From Bacteroidota bacterium (GTDB lineage Bacteria > Bacteroidota > Bacteroidia > Cytophagales > Cyclobacteriaceae), in assembly GCA_037200765.1 (NCBI GenBank), contig JBBCII010000003.1:1040741-1104740 (forward strand): a stretch of 64,000 bases of DNA, given 5' to 3'. Under the pieces are notes generated by a model. The model did not search any database. It saw nothing but the letters and a program-made list of their open reading frames with translations, and was not told where the DNA came from. Below, piece by piece: positions 45,801 through 54,775 of the stretch. The translations under genes and the position numbers were made by a program. Each line of letters begins with the position of its first letter. Position 1 is the first letter of the stretch.

Positions 45801-47255
45801 ATTGTTGTAGTTGGTGGACTCGTTTTCGCGGGTGTGCTTACGCTGTTTGTAATACCAGCTGTGTATTCATATTTCTCGAGATCTTACGTTCATAAAGTCG
45901 ATGATGACAGGTTGCCAGTCACAAACAAACGCGCTATTGTTGCATCAATCGTTGTACTTATTCTTTTCGTAACACCTGCCTATTCTCAACCAAAACAGCT
46001 TTCGTTAAAAGAAGCGGTAGAGCTGGCACAGAAGAACAATCCTGAGCTGAAGGCAAGCACTTTAGAAGTTTCAAGATCACGGCAGCAAATGGTGATCTCG
46101 AGAGCGTTGGTACTTCCGTCGGTCAATGTTGTTGCGCAGGCGAATCACTACTTCCAGTTGACACCATTCTTTGGTTTCGGCACAACACCTTCATCGGATA
46201 GTAAGATCCCGTACGGAAGATTTGGAGGACAGGATCAGTTCGTTGCCGGTATTTCTGCATTGCAACCTATATACAATCCGCAGGCACAGCCTTCTATGCA
46301 ACGAGCGCGTTTATCGGAACGCGAGGCAATACTTTCGCTTACGTCGAAGCAACTCCTGATCCTTTCGGAGATCAAGCAAAATTACCTCCGCCAACTTGTG
46401 TTGAGTGAAAGGATCAAGCTTCAGCGTGAGAGCATTAATCGCAACCACCGTGTTCTTAAAGATGCAAAAGTGTTATACATACAGGGTAAAGGACTGAGGG
46501 TTGACACGCTTCGTGCATACACATCGCTTAAGAGCCTGGAGCCGGAATTGTTACGTCTCTCGTATGCATACGAAACTGGGTACATTCAACTTAAAACACT
46601 GATAGGTCTCGATTCGCTGCAGGAGATCGAGCTCACGGATTCACTGTATGTTCCAGATGCGGAGATTATTCCAGGGGAAGAAGAAGTATTTCTTTCGGCG
46701 AAGCAAAATAATCCCGACGTACTGAGCGTCGCTATCCAACAGGAGATTGCCGATCAGCAGGTGCGGCAGGCAAATGCTTCGCGGTTGCCCGTCTTATCGG
46801 CGGTAGGATTGTATCAACTTCAAACTCAAACGAGTTCGTTCGACTACAAGAATGCTTATTATCCTTCGTCGTCGTACGTAGGATTGCAGTTGTCGGTACC
46901 GTTGTTCGCCGGCTTAAGTAACCAGGCCAAATCGAAGCAAGCGTCTATAGCGAGAGAGCAGGCGGAACTGCGGACTAAATACAACCACGAGCAATTGAGA
47001 TCGCTCGTTCATCAAACAGTGGCCAATGGTCGCGAAGCTATCGTACGCATGCAGTCAACTGCAATTGTAAACGAGACAGCCAGGCTAACGTATGATATTA
47101 TTCAGTATCGTTATCAAAAAGGAATTGCGTCGCGACTCGAGCTCAACGATGCAGAGTTGGCGCTAACAGCCTCTCAGTCGAACTACCTCGAAGCGGTATT
47201 CGATTATTTGTCGGCGCGAATTGCGCTGGAGCGAATAATGGGAAAGGTTATTTAG
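42825..47255 (+). CDS. RND permease (AcrB/MdtC-like) fused to a TolC-like outer-membrane factor
   Basis: GLVVDDAIVVLENI, GLITKNGILIVEFAN, RFRPILMT in the first ~1020 aa; then LSLKEAVELAQKNNPELK...YQKGIASRLELNDAE OMF repeats. Confidence 0.92.
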   Translation: MSAISQISISRPVLAGVMSVLLILFGIVGYTFLGTREYPVTDSPIVMVTTVYPGASADIIASQVTKPLEEAIAEANGIRALSSVSREQVSIISVEFNLDADLEAAANDVRDKVSKSRQQLPTDIEPTIVEKAGPNDFLVFLTVQSDTKSLEDITDYVTINIKEKLQSIPGVRLVDTYAGKKRAMRLRMDPVKMASYGLTPSDVQDALRRENVDLPSGRIEGENTEVSLRTQGRLVTEDEFNDMIILEKDGAIVRFKDLGTAVMSSQNERTAMIVGEGNTARYGVGTGVAPQRGANSLAIVKEFEKRFKEIVDNAPKDYIVSLGKDFTVPVKNSLSEVEETLFLAFGLVAIIIFIFLRDWRSTLIPLVAIPVSIISAFFIMYIADFSINVLTLLGLVLAIGLVVDDAIVVLENIYTKIEQGMSPIEAARKGSDEIYFAVVSTTVTLAAVFLPILFLGGITGRLFKEFAIVVAGSVLISAFVALTLSPMMSAYLLKKDASQGWLYRKTEPWFIALNNGYERALRWFFRMRWVGFALLLGSFGIAYLLLPKLPSELAPLEDRSLVGLVVLAPEGTSFENMEATMKEINNFVTDSIPDLNGNRTYASVAAGPGTLALPVNTGFQWIFLKDPKDRKSGMTQQQVYEKMVRASQKFRDVMIIPIQIPTIGGFSSSQPLQYIIQAPDLPSLIDVMPKLMGEVYQSPKLFFPDPDFKINRPEIGISIDRQRAAQAGISTQEIGTTLQLALSGRRYGYFIYNDRQYEVIGQLDRRERSAPADLRSLFLRADNGEMISLDNLVKMEETVSPPAIYRYNQSYSATISATPAQGVSLGEAIKEMDNIAMKVLPENFSTDLGGQSRDYSESSSSLIFAFIFAIILIYLVLAAQFESLIDPFIILLTVPMAITGALLSLWMTGQSINVFSEIGIIMLIGLITKNGILIVEFANQRKEEGMSVKDAVLSAAISRFRPILMTTLAMIFGTLPIALSLGTSSGSRTSLGIVVVGGLVFAGVLTLFVIPAVYSYFSRSYVHKVDDDRLPVTNKRAIVASIVVLILFVTPAYSQPKQLSLKEAVELAQKNNPELKASTLEVSRSRQQMVISRALVLPSVNVVAQANHYFQLTPFFGFGTTPSSDSKIPYGRFGGQDQFVAGISALQPIYNPQAQPSMQRARLSEREAILSLTSKQLLILSEIKQNYLRQLVLSERIKLQRESINRNHRVLKDAKVLYIQGKGLRVDTLRAYTSLKSLEPELLRLSYAYETGYIQLKTLIGLDSLQEIELTDSLYVPDAEIIPGEEEVFLSAKQNNPDVLSVAIQQEIADQQVRQANASRLPVLSAVGLYQLQTQTSSFDYKNAYYPSSSYVGLQLSVPLFAGLSNQAKSKQASIAREQAELRTKYNHEQLRSLVHQTVANGREAIVRMQSTAIVNETARLTYDIIQYRYQKGIASRLELNDAELALTASQSNYLEAVFDYLSARIALERIMGKVI

Positions 47256-47281
47256 AAGGAATTCGCAAGGACTTTCGATAG

Positions 47282-48511
47282 TTACGGCGTAAAAAACTGC
47301 GAGCTCAAGTACCTCACAGGGTTCTCTTCCGTCAGCTTTCTCAGGATCTCCCTGCGTTCATTTGCCTCAGCAGTCGACATACCTTTGCCGGGCGTGAGCA
47401 ACCAGTTGGGAAATTTTTGTGCGAGATTTTTTTCACTGTCTTCCTGTTCGGTCATAAAATAGTCGGTACCAAACAATACGCGATCGCCAAGGCTCCTGGT
47501 TTGACCTGCACCATAAGGCACGTTGGTCTTACAGAGATCCACTATCATTTCCCATGTGTCCGAGTCGGAGAGTGTATATGAAATGTCGGTATAAACATTC
47601 TCATAGGTTGTCATGAGGTGCTTCACGTCGTCGAACCACGAGTTCCCGTCATGCCGTTGGAGCATCATGTTCGAGCCGCCCATGTGTGCAAAGCACACTT
47701 TGAGTTTTGGATATGTGGCAAGCAGGCATTCCCAGTTTTTTGGATAGAGGAACACATCTGTCTCCGTATTGTTTCCTTTGTTAGTGAACTGGTGTGGATA
47801 CTGAATGTTCGTGGGTTGGCAGATCGGCGCCGGAGAACCCATTGCAGCAGAGATCTTTCCAACGTAAAACGCACCACTCGGCGTGCAGTGAGTCATGATG
47901 GGCAGATCGTTATCAGAACAATACTGGATCACTTCGCTTAATCGTCCGTCGAACGGGAAAAAGCCAAGAGCCGGGTACAACTTAATGCCCACGAAAGGAC
48001 GTGATGCCATCGTTCCATCGGGTAGTTGCTCCAGGCCAACATATTTTTTGGCAAACATGCCGATCTCTCTCGCACTGCCCATTCGTGGATCGACAGACAA
48101 AAAAGGTAATAATTGATCAGGATATTTTTTCCGGAGCTCAATGATCTGGTCCACTTGTCCCTGGAACGTGAGATCCGATTCACCGGCACCCATGTAGTCC
48201 ATGTTGAGTGACAACACCACGAATCTTGCTTCGGCCGGGTAAAACCGGAGGATGTTGCTGAACACCATTTCCTGGGTCGACATCGTGCCTACACTGGCGA
48301 ACGAAGCGTAACGCGCGGCCGTGTTCAATCTTGAAGATGATTTTCCGCTGAGCCTGCTCAGCAGTCCCGTGATCTTTCTTCCTAAGGTTGTTTCTAAAGT
48401 CGACTTAACCGGGCCTGCAAGAAAGCCAAAGTTACCGAGGCCAACTTCAAGAAATCTTTTCGGTGCACATTGTGCGCTGAAGATGTGTATATGACAATTA
48501 TAGAATGGCAT
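47282..48511 (-). CDS. Amidohydrolase-superfamily (Amidohydro_2-like) metalloenzyme
   Basis: N-terminal CHIH, GIKLYP, IMTHC, CFAHMGG, YTDISY, LFGTDY. Confidence 0.88.
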   Translation of the reverse strand: MPFYNCHIHIFSAQCAPKRFLEVGLGNFGFLAGPVKSTLETTLGRKITGLLSRLSGKSSSRLNTAARYASFASVGTMSTQEMVFSNILRFYPAEARFVVLSLNMDYMGAGESDLTFQGQVDQIIELRKKYPDQLLPFLSVDPRMGSAREIGMFAKKYVGLEQLPDGTMASRPFVGIKLYPALGFFPFDGRLSEVIQYCSDNDLPIMTHCTPSGAFYVGKISAAMGSPAPICQPTNIQYPHQFTNKGNNTETDVFLYPKNWECLLATYPKLKVCFAHMGGSNMMLQRHDGNSWFDDVKHLMTTYENVYTDISYTLSDSDTWEMIVDLCKTNVPYGAGQTRSLGDRVLFGTDYFMTEQEDSEKNLAQKFPNWLLTPGKGMSTAEANERREILRKLTEENPVRYLSSQFFTP

Positions 48512-48523
48512 GGCTATGTTGTT

Positions 48524-49648
48524 TTATTTTTTCTGTGATGAATCTTCTTTAGCTGTCGATGGTATGAGACCAGCGCTTCTTACGTTGATGAATTTCTTCA
48601 ATACATCGAACCAGAACGGAGCCCCGAAGGAGAGAGCGAGGCCGGTTATTAACCAACCAAGCCAGTTGGCTCTGAAATTATCCTTAAACAGTTTGAATGG
48701 CCTTACTACATAAAGATCAATGATGTTACCTTCTCTCACCGGGTACTTGTCGAGCTGATCGCCCCAACCAAATGGCAGCGGCGAAAGTTGTCCCTTCAAC
48801 GCATCAATGCGAATACGCAGCGTATCGATATTGTCGGTTGCTGAATCTTTCACAAACTCTTTATGGGATTCGATGTATTGCTCCGCCGCCTTTGTAATGG
48901 TGGCCCGTGCCTGTGGATCGGTATATAATCGTTGAACAACATTCAATGTATTTACATTGAATACGATCGCGATGATAAGCCCGGTGAAGAACAACCAGGA
49001 CCTTGTTTCTCTCTTATACCAACCGTTGAGACGTTCCATGCTCGAATCGAACCACGTGGCAATCATCGTATTCAGTTGATTTACTTTGTCGGATGTCTTC
49101 GAATCGATCTTACGTGCGATAGATGTAAGCGTGGTCTTCATCTCACTTTCTTTCAGGCGATTTAGCCCGTCGAGGAATTCGTTGAACAGGTAAGTGTCGC
49201 GATCTCCGCTCATCTTCTCTCTCTCTTCAACAGTTAATTCGTTGTCGGGATTAACGTACTCGATCTTCTCCGAATCTTTCTTCTTTACAAAAAGAGGAAC
49301 CTTGTCGTGCTTCACAATGAGGTCGATCATGGCCGATGCAAGTTGATCGGACGGAACATAGGCGGGCAGCCTTCTCTTGGTCTTCAGCTTGTAATTGCGA
49401 AAGATTGAGAACAACCCGTTGCTGAGCGTGATCTCGCGGTGCAACACTTCGAGCAGGGGATGGGAGTAAAGCATCAGTCCCCAGTTCTTGTTGAACTTGT
49501 CGTCCATGTAGCGGATCATGAATTCGTACAGGAATTTTCCCCGTCGCTGCAGTTGCATGGATACGTACTCGACAATCCATGAGTTGATGAGGCTGAACAC
49601 GAGAAACACAAAGAGAAGTGAGATTGCTGTTTCGATGATAGGGGCCAT
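48524..49648 (-). CDS. Conserved uncharacterised 3-TM membrane protein
   Basis: N-terminal TM, HPL..PAYVPS, WFDSSMERLNGWYKR, second TM, LPFGW, GWLITGLALSFGAPFWFDVLKK..NVRSAG. Confidence 0.8.
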   Translation of the reverse strand: MAPIIETAISLLFVFLVFSLINSWIVEYVSMQLQRRGKFLYEFMIRYMDDKFNKNWGLMLYSHPLLEVLHREITLSNGLFSIFRNYKLKTKRRLPAYVPSDQLASAMIDLIVKHDKVPLFVKKKDSEKIEYVNPDNELTVEEREKMSGDRDTYLFNEFLDGLNRLKESEMKTTLTSIARKIDSKTSDKVNQLNTMIATWFDSSMERLNGWYKRETRSWLFFTGLIIAIVFNVNTLNVVQRLYTDPQARATITKAAEQYIESHKEFVKDSATDNIDTLRIRIDALKGQLSPLPFGWGDQLDKYPVREGNIIDLYVVRPFKLFKDNFRANWLGWLITGLALSFGAPFWFDVLKKFINVRSAGLIPSTAKEDSSQKK

Positions 49649-49672
49649 ATGATTTTGCGTTTTGGAATCGAC

Positions 49673-49718
49673 AAAAAAAAGCCCGCAACTCTGCGTTATG
49701 CAGAATTGACGGGCTCTT
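49673..49718 (-). promoter_or_regulatory. Leader hairpin/terminator 25 nt upstream of ATG 49648
   Basis: Minus strand AAGAGCCCGTCAATTCTGC-ATAAC-GCAGAGTTGCGGGC-T8. Confidence 0.6.
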
Positions 49719-49754
49719 ATTATAATCTCAAGATAATGAAATCCCCTGAATGAT

Positions 49755-49920
49755 TTGTATAACCTGGAAGTAATCCTCGGGCTAAAAATACATCTCTATG
49801 TGACCGGATCTTGCGAAGAAAGCCGGGTACGCCAGCGTTTCCTGGTAATGCTTGCACATGTCGACAGGCATTTAAGACAGATCAAGAGGATTAAATCGAA
49901 TCGAAATATCCAAAGAAGTA
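49755..49920 (+). pseudogene. Possible DinB-family 3' remnant
   Basis: QRFLVMLAHVDRHLRQIKRIKS resembles the DinB C-terminal H..RH..QI helix; no convincing start. Confidence 0.3.
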
Positions 49921-49963
49921 AGGGTTCTTTTATTATTCTAATTTCCCATCGGATCTTTCTCGA

Positions 49964-50353
49964 TCAGTCCGTAGGTGAGTTGTGAATAGGAGTAGTTTGC
50001 GCTGCCCTTTTCAATTTCGTCCACCAGTTTAGGATTGGAAGAGAGGAGAATGGGCCTGATCGTTTTCCATGGAATGTGAATGATCTGTCCATATCATACG
50101 CGGCGAGAACTGTTATCGAAAAATCGATCGGTTCGAACTTGCCGATCGTTCCACTACCCGAACCGGGTGTTTTTTCGTAGCTGGCCCAGCACTCATAATA
50201 TTTTCCTTCATACGAAACGAGATCATAAGCCCAATACTGACGACCTTTTTCCCAGGGCTTTGGTATGGACTCCGGGAGCACGGGCGAAAATTCTACCCGC
50301 TCCACAACGCCCCATGTGTAATGTGAGCTGGGGAGCCGGTAGTGAATATACAA
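49964..50353 (-). CDS. Hypothetical fragment with a CBM5/12-like motif
   Basis: PWEKGRQYWAYDLVSYEGKYYEC; TTG start, no signal peptide, likely a gene fragment. Confidence 0.4.
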   Translation of the reverse strand: MYIHYRLPSSHYTWGVVERVEFSPVLPESIPKPWEKGRQYWAYDLVSYEGKYYECWASYEKTPGSGSGTIGKFEPIDFSITVLAAYDMDRSFTFHGKRSGPFSSLPILNWWTKLKRAAQTTPIHNSPTD

Positions 50354-50359
50354 CCAGAA

Positions 50360-51596
50360 TTACTTCCTATCAATAAACGACTTCAATCCGCCCAACGCAA
50401 TTTCGTGTGGCTTCGATTTATCCTGCGCATCCAGATCCAAATAAGCATCCGGATCAGCCGGCCATCGTCGTACTTAAACGTTGCGGTAAAGTTCTCAATG
50501 CTGTAAGTTCCCGAGCCGGTCATTTGATCCTGCATATCGGTGTTGTAACCCCGCACGTGTCGCAACCAATAAATGGCCCCATGGTCGTCGAATCGTCCAT
50601 TGGAGTTGAATGTGATCGTTGGCTCCGGCCCGTTGTAAGCAGTAGGATTTTTTTCGGCTGTAAAAGTGCCGTCAAACTTCATCCGTCTATAGACGAAATT
50701 TTTCGCCAGGCTATATCATCGTAAAGAAGGTGCTCGTTCTCGATCTTGAACTCGTTGTTGGTATTGAATGCATCCCAGTCAATGATTCCCTTCCCGTTGG
50801 CGAATGTATACTTGCCCCAATAGTTGGGATCACTGGCTCGCTTCGTTGGATAATCGATCAGGCCACCGTCGGGCATGATATTGCAAAATGTTCCGTCGTC
50901 GAAGAATACGACCTGCTTTGCTGAAAGTGAATTGCTAAAGGTTATGCTCGCGAACCCAGTGCCGGCTGCATTGGTCACTCCGGAAATTGTAGTGTAAGTT
51001 CCGAAGCCTCTCCATACACCAACGATAGCGCTATTGCTCTTAAAATAAGATCCGGTTGAGACATTTGTCGGCGTAACTATTGTAATAGTCTGCTGCTGAC
51101 TCGCTTGTTGTTGGGTGGCTTGTTGCACCTGTGGCTTGATGCTTACTATGAATTTTTCGATGTCTGCGTTGAACTCATCGCTATTAACATCGACACTAAT
51201 GCTCGTTACACGTCCGTGCCCGATAACTGAAATGATCATTGTTACATAATCTCCTTTTTCATATTTGATCGGGGCCGTTCCCGTTACGTACGACCAACCA
51301 TCGAGTGGACCTTTCTGGATTGCGTTCGAAGGCGCCTCAACGTTCTTCGACTTTTTAACGAGATCGTTCCATTCGGCGATGAATTCCTGGCGAGGTTCTC
51401 CATTGCCGGCGCGACTTGCAAATACGGCGATCTGGCAATAGTGTTGCCCGATGCTTTTAAAAAACAGGACGTAGTCGGTGGTCTGCGTTCTCTTATATCC
51501 AACCGGATCCTGGAATGTTAAGATGTCGAATGTTTCTGTTTGCGCGAATGAGGAAATTGAAATGAGGATGCATGAAAGAGATGCCAGGGCTTTCAT
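50360..51596 (-). pseudogene. Secreted protein gene split by two 1-nt deletions (or sequencing errors)
   Basis: ORFs 50679-51596 and 50383-50682 join if one A is restored at GGA(A)TG; restoring one T near 50440 gives YLDLDAQDKSKPHEIALGGLKSFIDRK*; total ~412 aa. Confidence 0.6.
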
Positions 51597-51634
51597 AGGG
51601 TGGGGTGGTTGTAAGTAAAGTTAGCAGAGTTCGG

Positions 51635-51994
51635 CTAACTTTTATACTGCTGCATTAACCACCACGCTCCCCAGATCAATAAAAATTGCACGGGCAGTCG
51701 AATGATTGCGAGCAGACGTGAGCCGATAGCGGGTCGTTCCCTGAACAGGTCGATCACATGCAGCGGAAGAAACAGGATCATAAGAATGAGAATTCCTGCA
51801 GCAGACCAGTACCTCGTTTCAACAAACGCGACACCGGCTCCTAAAAGTATTTCGAGAATTCCAGAGACATAGTTGACAGTTAATTTTGGCAGACCTCCGG
51901 GAATGAAATACTTATAGAATTTTGGATTGAAGATGTGATTGAGGCCTCCTGCAAGAAAGAGTATTGCGAAGAATACGATGAGGGTAACTGTCAT
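51635..51994 (-). CDS. DoxX/MauE-like membrane protein
   Basis: GLNHIFNPKFY, SGILEILLG, FLPLH, RLPVQFLLIWGAW. Confidence 0.75.
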   Translation of the reverse strand: MTVTLIVFFAILFLAGGLNHIFNPKFYKYFIPGGLPKLTVNYVSGILEILLGAGVAFVETRYWSAAGILILMILFLPLHVIDLFRERPAIGSRLLAIIRLPVQFLLIWGAWWLMQQYKS

Positions 51995-51999
51995 TCTAT

Positions 52000-52587
52000 T
52001 TGATCTCCGAATTTGGCAAAAATTTTTATACTTTCGCCCTCGTGCGGCCCCGCAGAATTGTAGCTACATTTTTCCTTGCTCTTATCCTTTGCCAGATCGG
52101 AGGTTACTACGGCGTTTTGGAGTTTGTCAAAAACCAGATGTCTGATCACACCGCGCAGCGGATTATTGCCGAGAACGCACCTATAGGTGGCCAGCTGATC
52201 TTGCAAATTCCTTTCGCTTCGAAAGAGCTCAATGCTAAAGAATACTACGTGGGCAACAGCTACTTCTCTTTCGAGAGAAACATCTATCACGTAATCGAAC
52301 GTCACGTTTACAAAGACATTCTGTATGTTGTGTGTATGCGTAACGACGAAGTTACCGATGCACAACAGACCATCGAAAGTCTTGTGCAATCCCTTAGCGG
52401 CAAGCCCGGCGAAGAGGGCACAGGCGTCAAATTTTTCGAGAACCTTTCTAAGTATTTCTTCTCTGAACAATATTCTTCGAAGACCATTGCAGCCGGATGG
52501 ATGGCCGAACAACCTTTTGGTGTATTGGAACCTTTATACCATCACCTCCAGCCAGCACAACTTTTCCGTCCTCCCAGGATCAGCTAG
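52000..52587 (+). CDS. Hypothetical periplasmic protein
   Basis: Hydrophobic N-terminus, YHVIERHVYKDILYVVC, LFRPP C-terminus; start may be GTG 52042. Confidence 0.6.
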   Translation: MISEFGKNFYTFALVRPRRIVATFFLALILCQIGGYYGVLEFVKNQMSDHTAQRIIAENAPIGGQLILQIPFASKELNAKEYYVGNSYFSFERNIYHVIERHVYKDILYVVCMRNDEVTDAQQTIESLVQSLSGKPGEEGTGVKFFENLSKYFFSEQYSSKTIAAGWMAEQPFGVLEPLYHHLQPAQLFRPPRIS

Positions 52588-52666
52588 ATTTTTTCTGTAG
52601 TCTTAAGCACGTCATCGCAGATCATGTGTGATGTGTTAATCATTATCATTTTTAAAGGAAGAAATC

Positions 52667-53995
52667 ATGAAAGCTAAAATTGGCTTTGTAGCCATATTAA
52701 TTCTACTAACAACGTGTTCAAAGCAAACGAACAACTATAAGCGAGTTACAGAAGATCCTGTATTCATACACCGAAGCATCAAGACGGTAACGGATCGTAT
52801 CGTTCACGATATATTCTCCCCACCGGTGGCAAGCCGCATCTACGCGTACGTTAGCGTTGCAGGTTATGAAGCCGGCAGGCATGCCGATCCAAATCTTGTA
52901 TCGCTCGGAGGACAATTGAATGGATTAGCCGATGTTCCGCAGCCCGAGACGCAGGCAGAATATGCATGGGGACTGGCCGCAACACAGGCTGTTCTCGCAA
53001 CGGTCAAAGCATTTATTTTCACCGAGGCTGTACTGCTTGATTTTCACGAAGACATACTGCAAGAGTACAGGCAGGCTGGAATTCCACAGGACGTCTTCGA
53101 TCGGTCAGTCGCCTACGGTAATAAAGTGGCGGCGCATATTATCGCATGGTCGTCTAAAGACAATTACAAGCAATCAAGATCATTCCCGAAATATTCCATC
53201 CAGCAGAGCCCTTCTACATGGAAGCCTACACCTCCCGCATACATGGATGCCGTCGAACCTCACTGGAATAAGATCAGGACATTCGCGATCGACTCTGCCT
53301 CGCAATTCAGATGCTCACCGCCTCCTGCATTTTCGCAAAACAAGAACAGCGAGTTCTTTAAGATCGCGAAAGAAGTATATGATGTTGGAAAGAATCTAAG
53401 TGAAGAACAGGAAGGGATCGCGCGATTCTGGGATTGTAATCCTTTCGTGATGAATGTTCGTGGTCACGTGATGTATGCTACGAAGAAGATCTCGCCGGGT
53501 GGCCACTGGATGAACATCGTGCGCGTTGCATCGAAGACTGCTAATGCAAAACTTGGTACCGTTGTAGAAGCCTACGTGTATACTGCGTTGTGTCTCGCCG
53601 ACGGATTTATTGCGTGTTGGGATGAGAAGTACAGAAGCCTGTTGGTCCGCCCCGAAACGTTCATCAATGAGAACATCGATCCAAACTGGACACCGCTTCT
53701 TCAAACACCTCCGTTTCCAGAATATATCAGTGGACATAGTGTAATTTCTGCAGCCGCTGCTACGGGACTCACACACGTGTTCGGCGACAACTTTGCATTT
53801 ACCGATTCCACGGAAGTTGAGTTCCGTCTCGGTGTGCGTTCATTCAAATCGTTCAATGATGCTTCTGGTGAAGCCGCAGTTAGCAGGTTATACGGTGGCA
53901 TTCATTATCGACAAGCATGTGAGGTTGGAACAGCAATGGGCACCGCCGTCGGAACCTTTATTTCGGCGAATATTCATACGCGTCGTCAGCAGTAA
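52667..53995 (+). CDS. Vanadium-dependent haloperoxidase / PAP2-superfamily lipoprotein
   Basis: LTTC lipobox; WDEKY..LVRP, PPFPEYISGHS, SRLYGGIHY vanadate/phosphate site. Confidence 0.9.
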   Translation: MKAKIGFVAILILLTTCSKQTNNYKRVTEDPVFIHRSIKTVTDRIVHDIFSPPVASRIYAYVSVAGYEAGRHADPNLVSLGGQLNGLADVPQPETQAEYAWGLAATQAVLATVKAFIFTEAVLLDFHEDILQEYRQAGIPQDVFDRSVAYGNKVAAHIIAWSSKDNYKQSRSFPKYSIQQSPSTWKPTPPAYMDAVEPHWNKIRTFAIDSASQFRCSPPPAFSQNKNSEFFKIAKEVYDVGKNLSEEQEGIARFWDCNPFVMNVRGHVMYATKKISPGGHWMNIVRVASKTANAKLGTVVEAYVYTALCLADGFIACWDEKYRSLLVRPETFINENIDPNWTPLLQTPPFPEYISGHSVISAAAATGLTHVFGDNFAFTDSTEVEFRLGVRSFKSFNDASGEAAVSRLYGGIHYRQACEVGTAMGTAVGTFISANIHTRRQQ

Positions 53996-54010
53996 CGAAA
54001 TGAATGTGTT

Positions 54011-54775
54011 ATGAATTTGAGTCTGACAAAGAACCTTCACATAATTTTTCGCATCGCATGTGCCATGTGCTTCATCGGGCATGGTGCATTCGGGATTATC
54101 ACCAAGCAGGTATGGTGTAACTACTTTGCCGTGTTTGGTATCGGCCAGGACATGGCATACCAGCTGATGCCCGTGGTTGGCACCGTGGATATAATTTGCG
54201 GAATCCTGTTTATCGTTTATCCAGTCAGGGCCGTTGCCGGCTGGTTGATCATATGGGGACTGTTTACAGCTTCGCTGCGACCATTATCTGGTGAACCACT
54301 TGCTGAATTTTTCGAACGAGCAGGAAATTACGGTGCACCGTTAGTTCTCTTGCTACTGTCGGGCACAGCATGGTCGTGGTTTCAAAAAATGGAACCGCAA
54401 CAATTGAATGCAGAAGAACAAGAAAGGCTGGAGTTATGGCTGAGAATAGTCGCGTGTACATTATTGTTTGGTCATGGATGGCTGAACGTGATTGAAAAAG
54501 CCGGACTTCTAAAACAATACGCGTCTCTCGGAATTGGAGACACGATACTGATGGCTCATGTTATCGGCGGGATCGAGATTGTTGGTGCACTGCTGATACT
54601 TCTGAAACCGACCAGGTACCTGGTGCTCGCATTTTTCGTGTGGAAGATGGCGAGCGAAGTTCTTTATCCAGCATATCCATTCTTCGAGTGGGTAGAGCGT
54701 GCTGGAAGCTATGCTATCTTGTTTGGATTGTGGTTGGTTCTACGATCGGAATTTAAATTTGCCATGTCGAAATGA
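54011..54775 (+). CDS. Membrane protein with two internal DoxX-like repeats
   Basis: RIACAMCFIGHGAFGIITK and RIVACTLLFGHGWLNVIEK; FFERAGNY and WVERAGSY. Confidence 0.7.
   Translation: MNLSLTKNLHIIFRIACAMCFIGHGAFGIITKQVWCNYFAVFGIGQDMAYQLMPVVGTVDIICGILFIVYPVRAVAGWLIIWGLFTASLRPLSGEPLAEFFERAGNYGAPLVLLLLSGTAWSWFQKMEPQQLNAEEQERLELWLRIVACTLLFGHGWLNVIEKAGLLKQYASLGIGDTILMAHVIGGIEIVGALLILLKPTRYLVLAFFVWKMASEVLYPAYPFFEWVERAGSYAILFGLWLVLRSEFKFAMSK

Noticed and set aside
51991-52512. 173-aa antisense ORF
   Set aside because: Overlaps a plausible + strand gene with a hydrophobic leader and promoter-like element; no motifs of its own.
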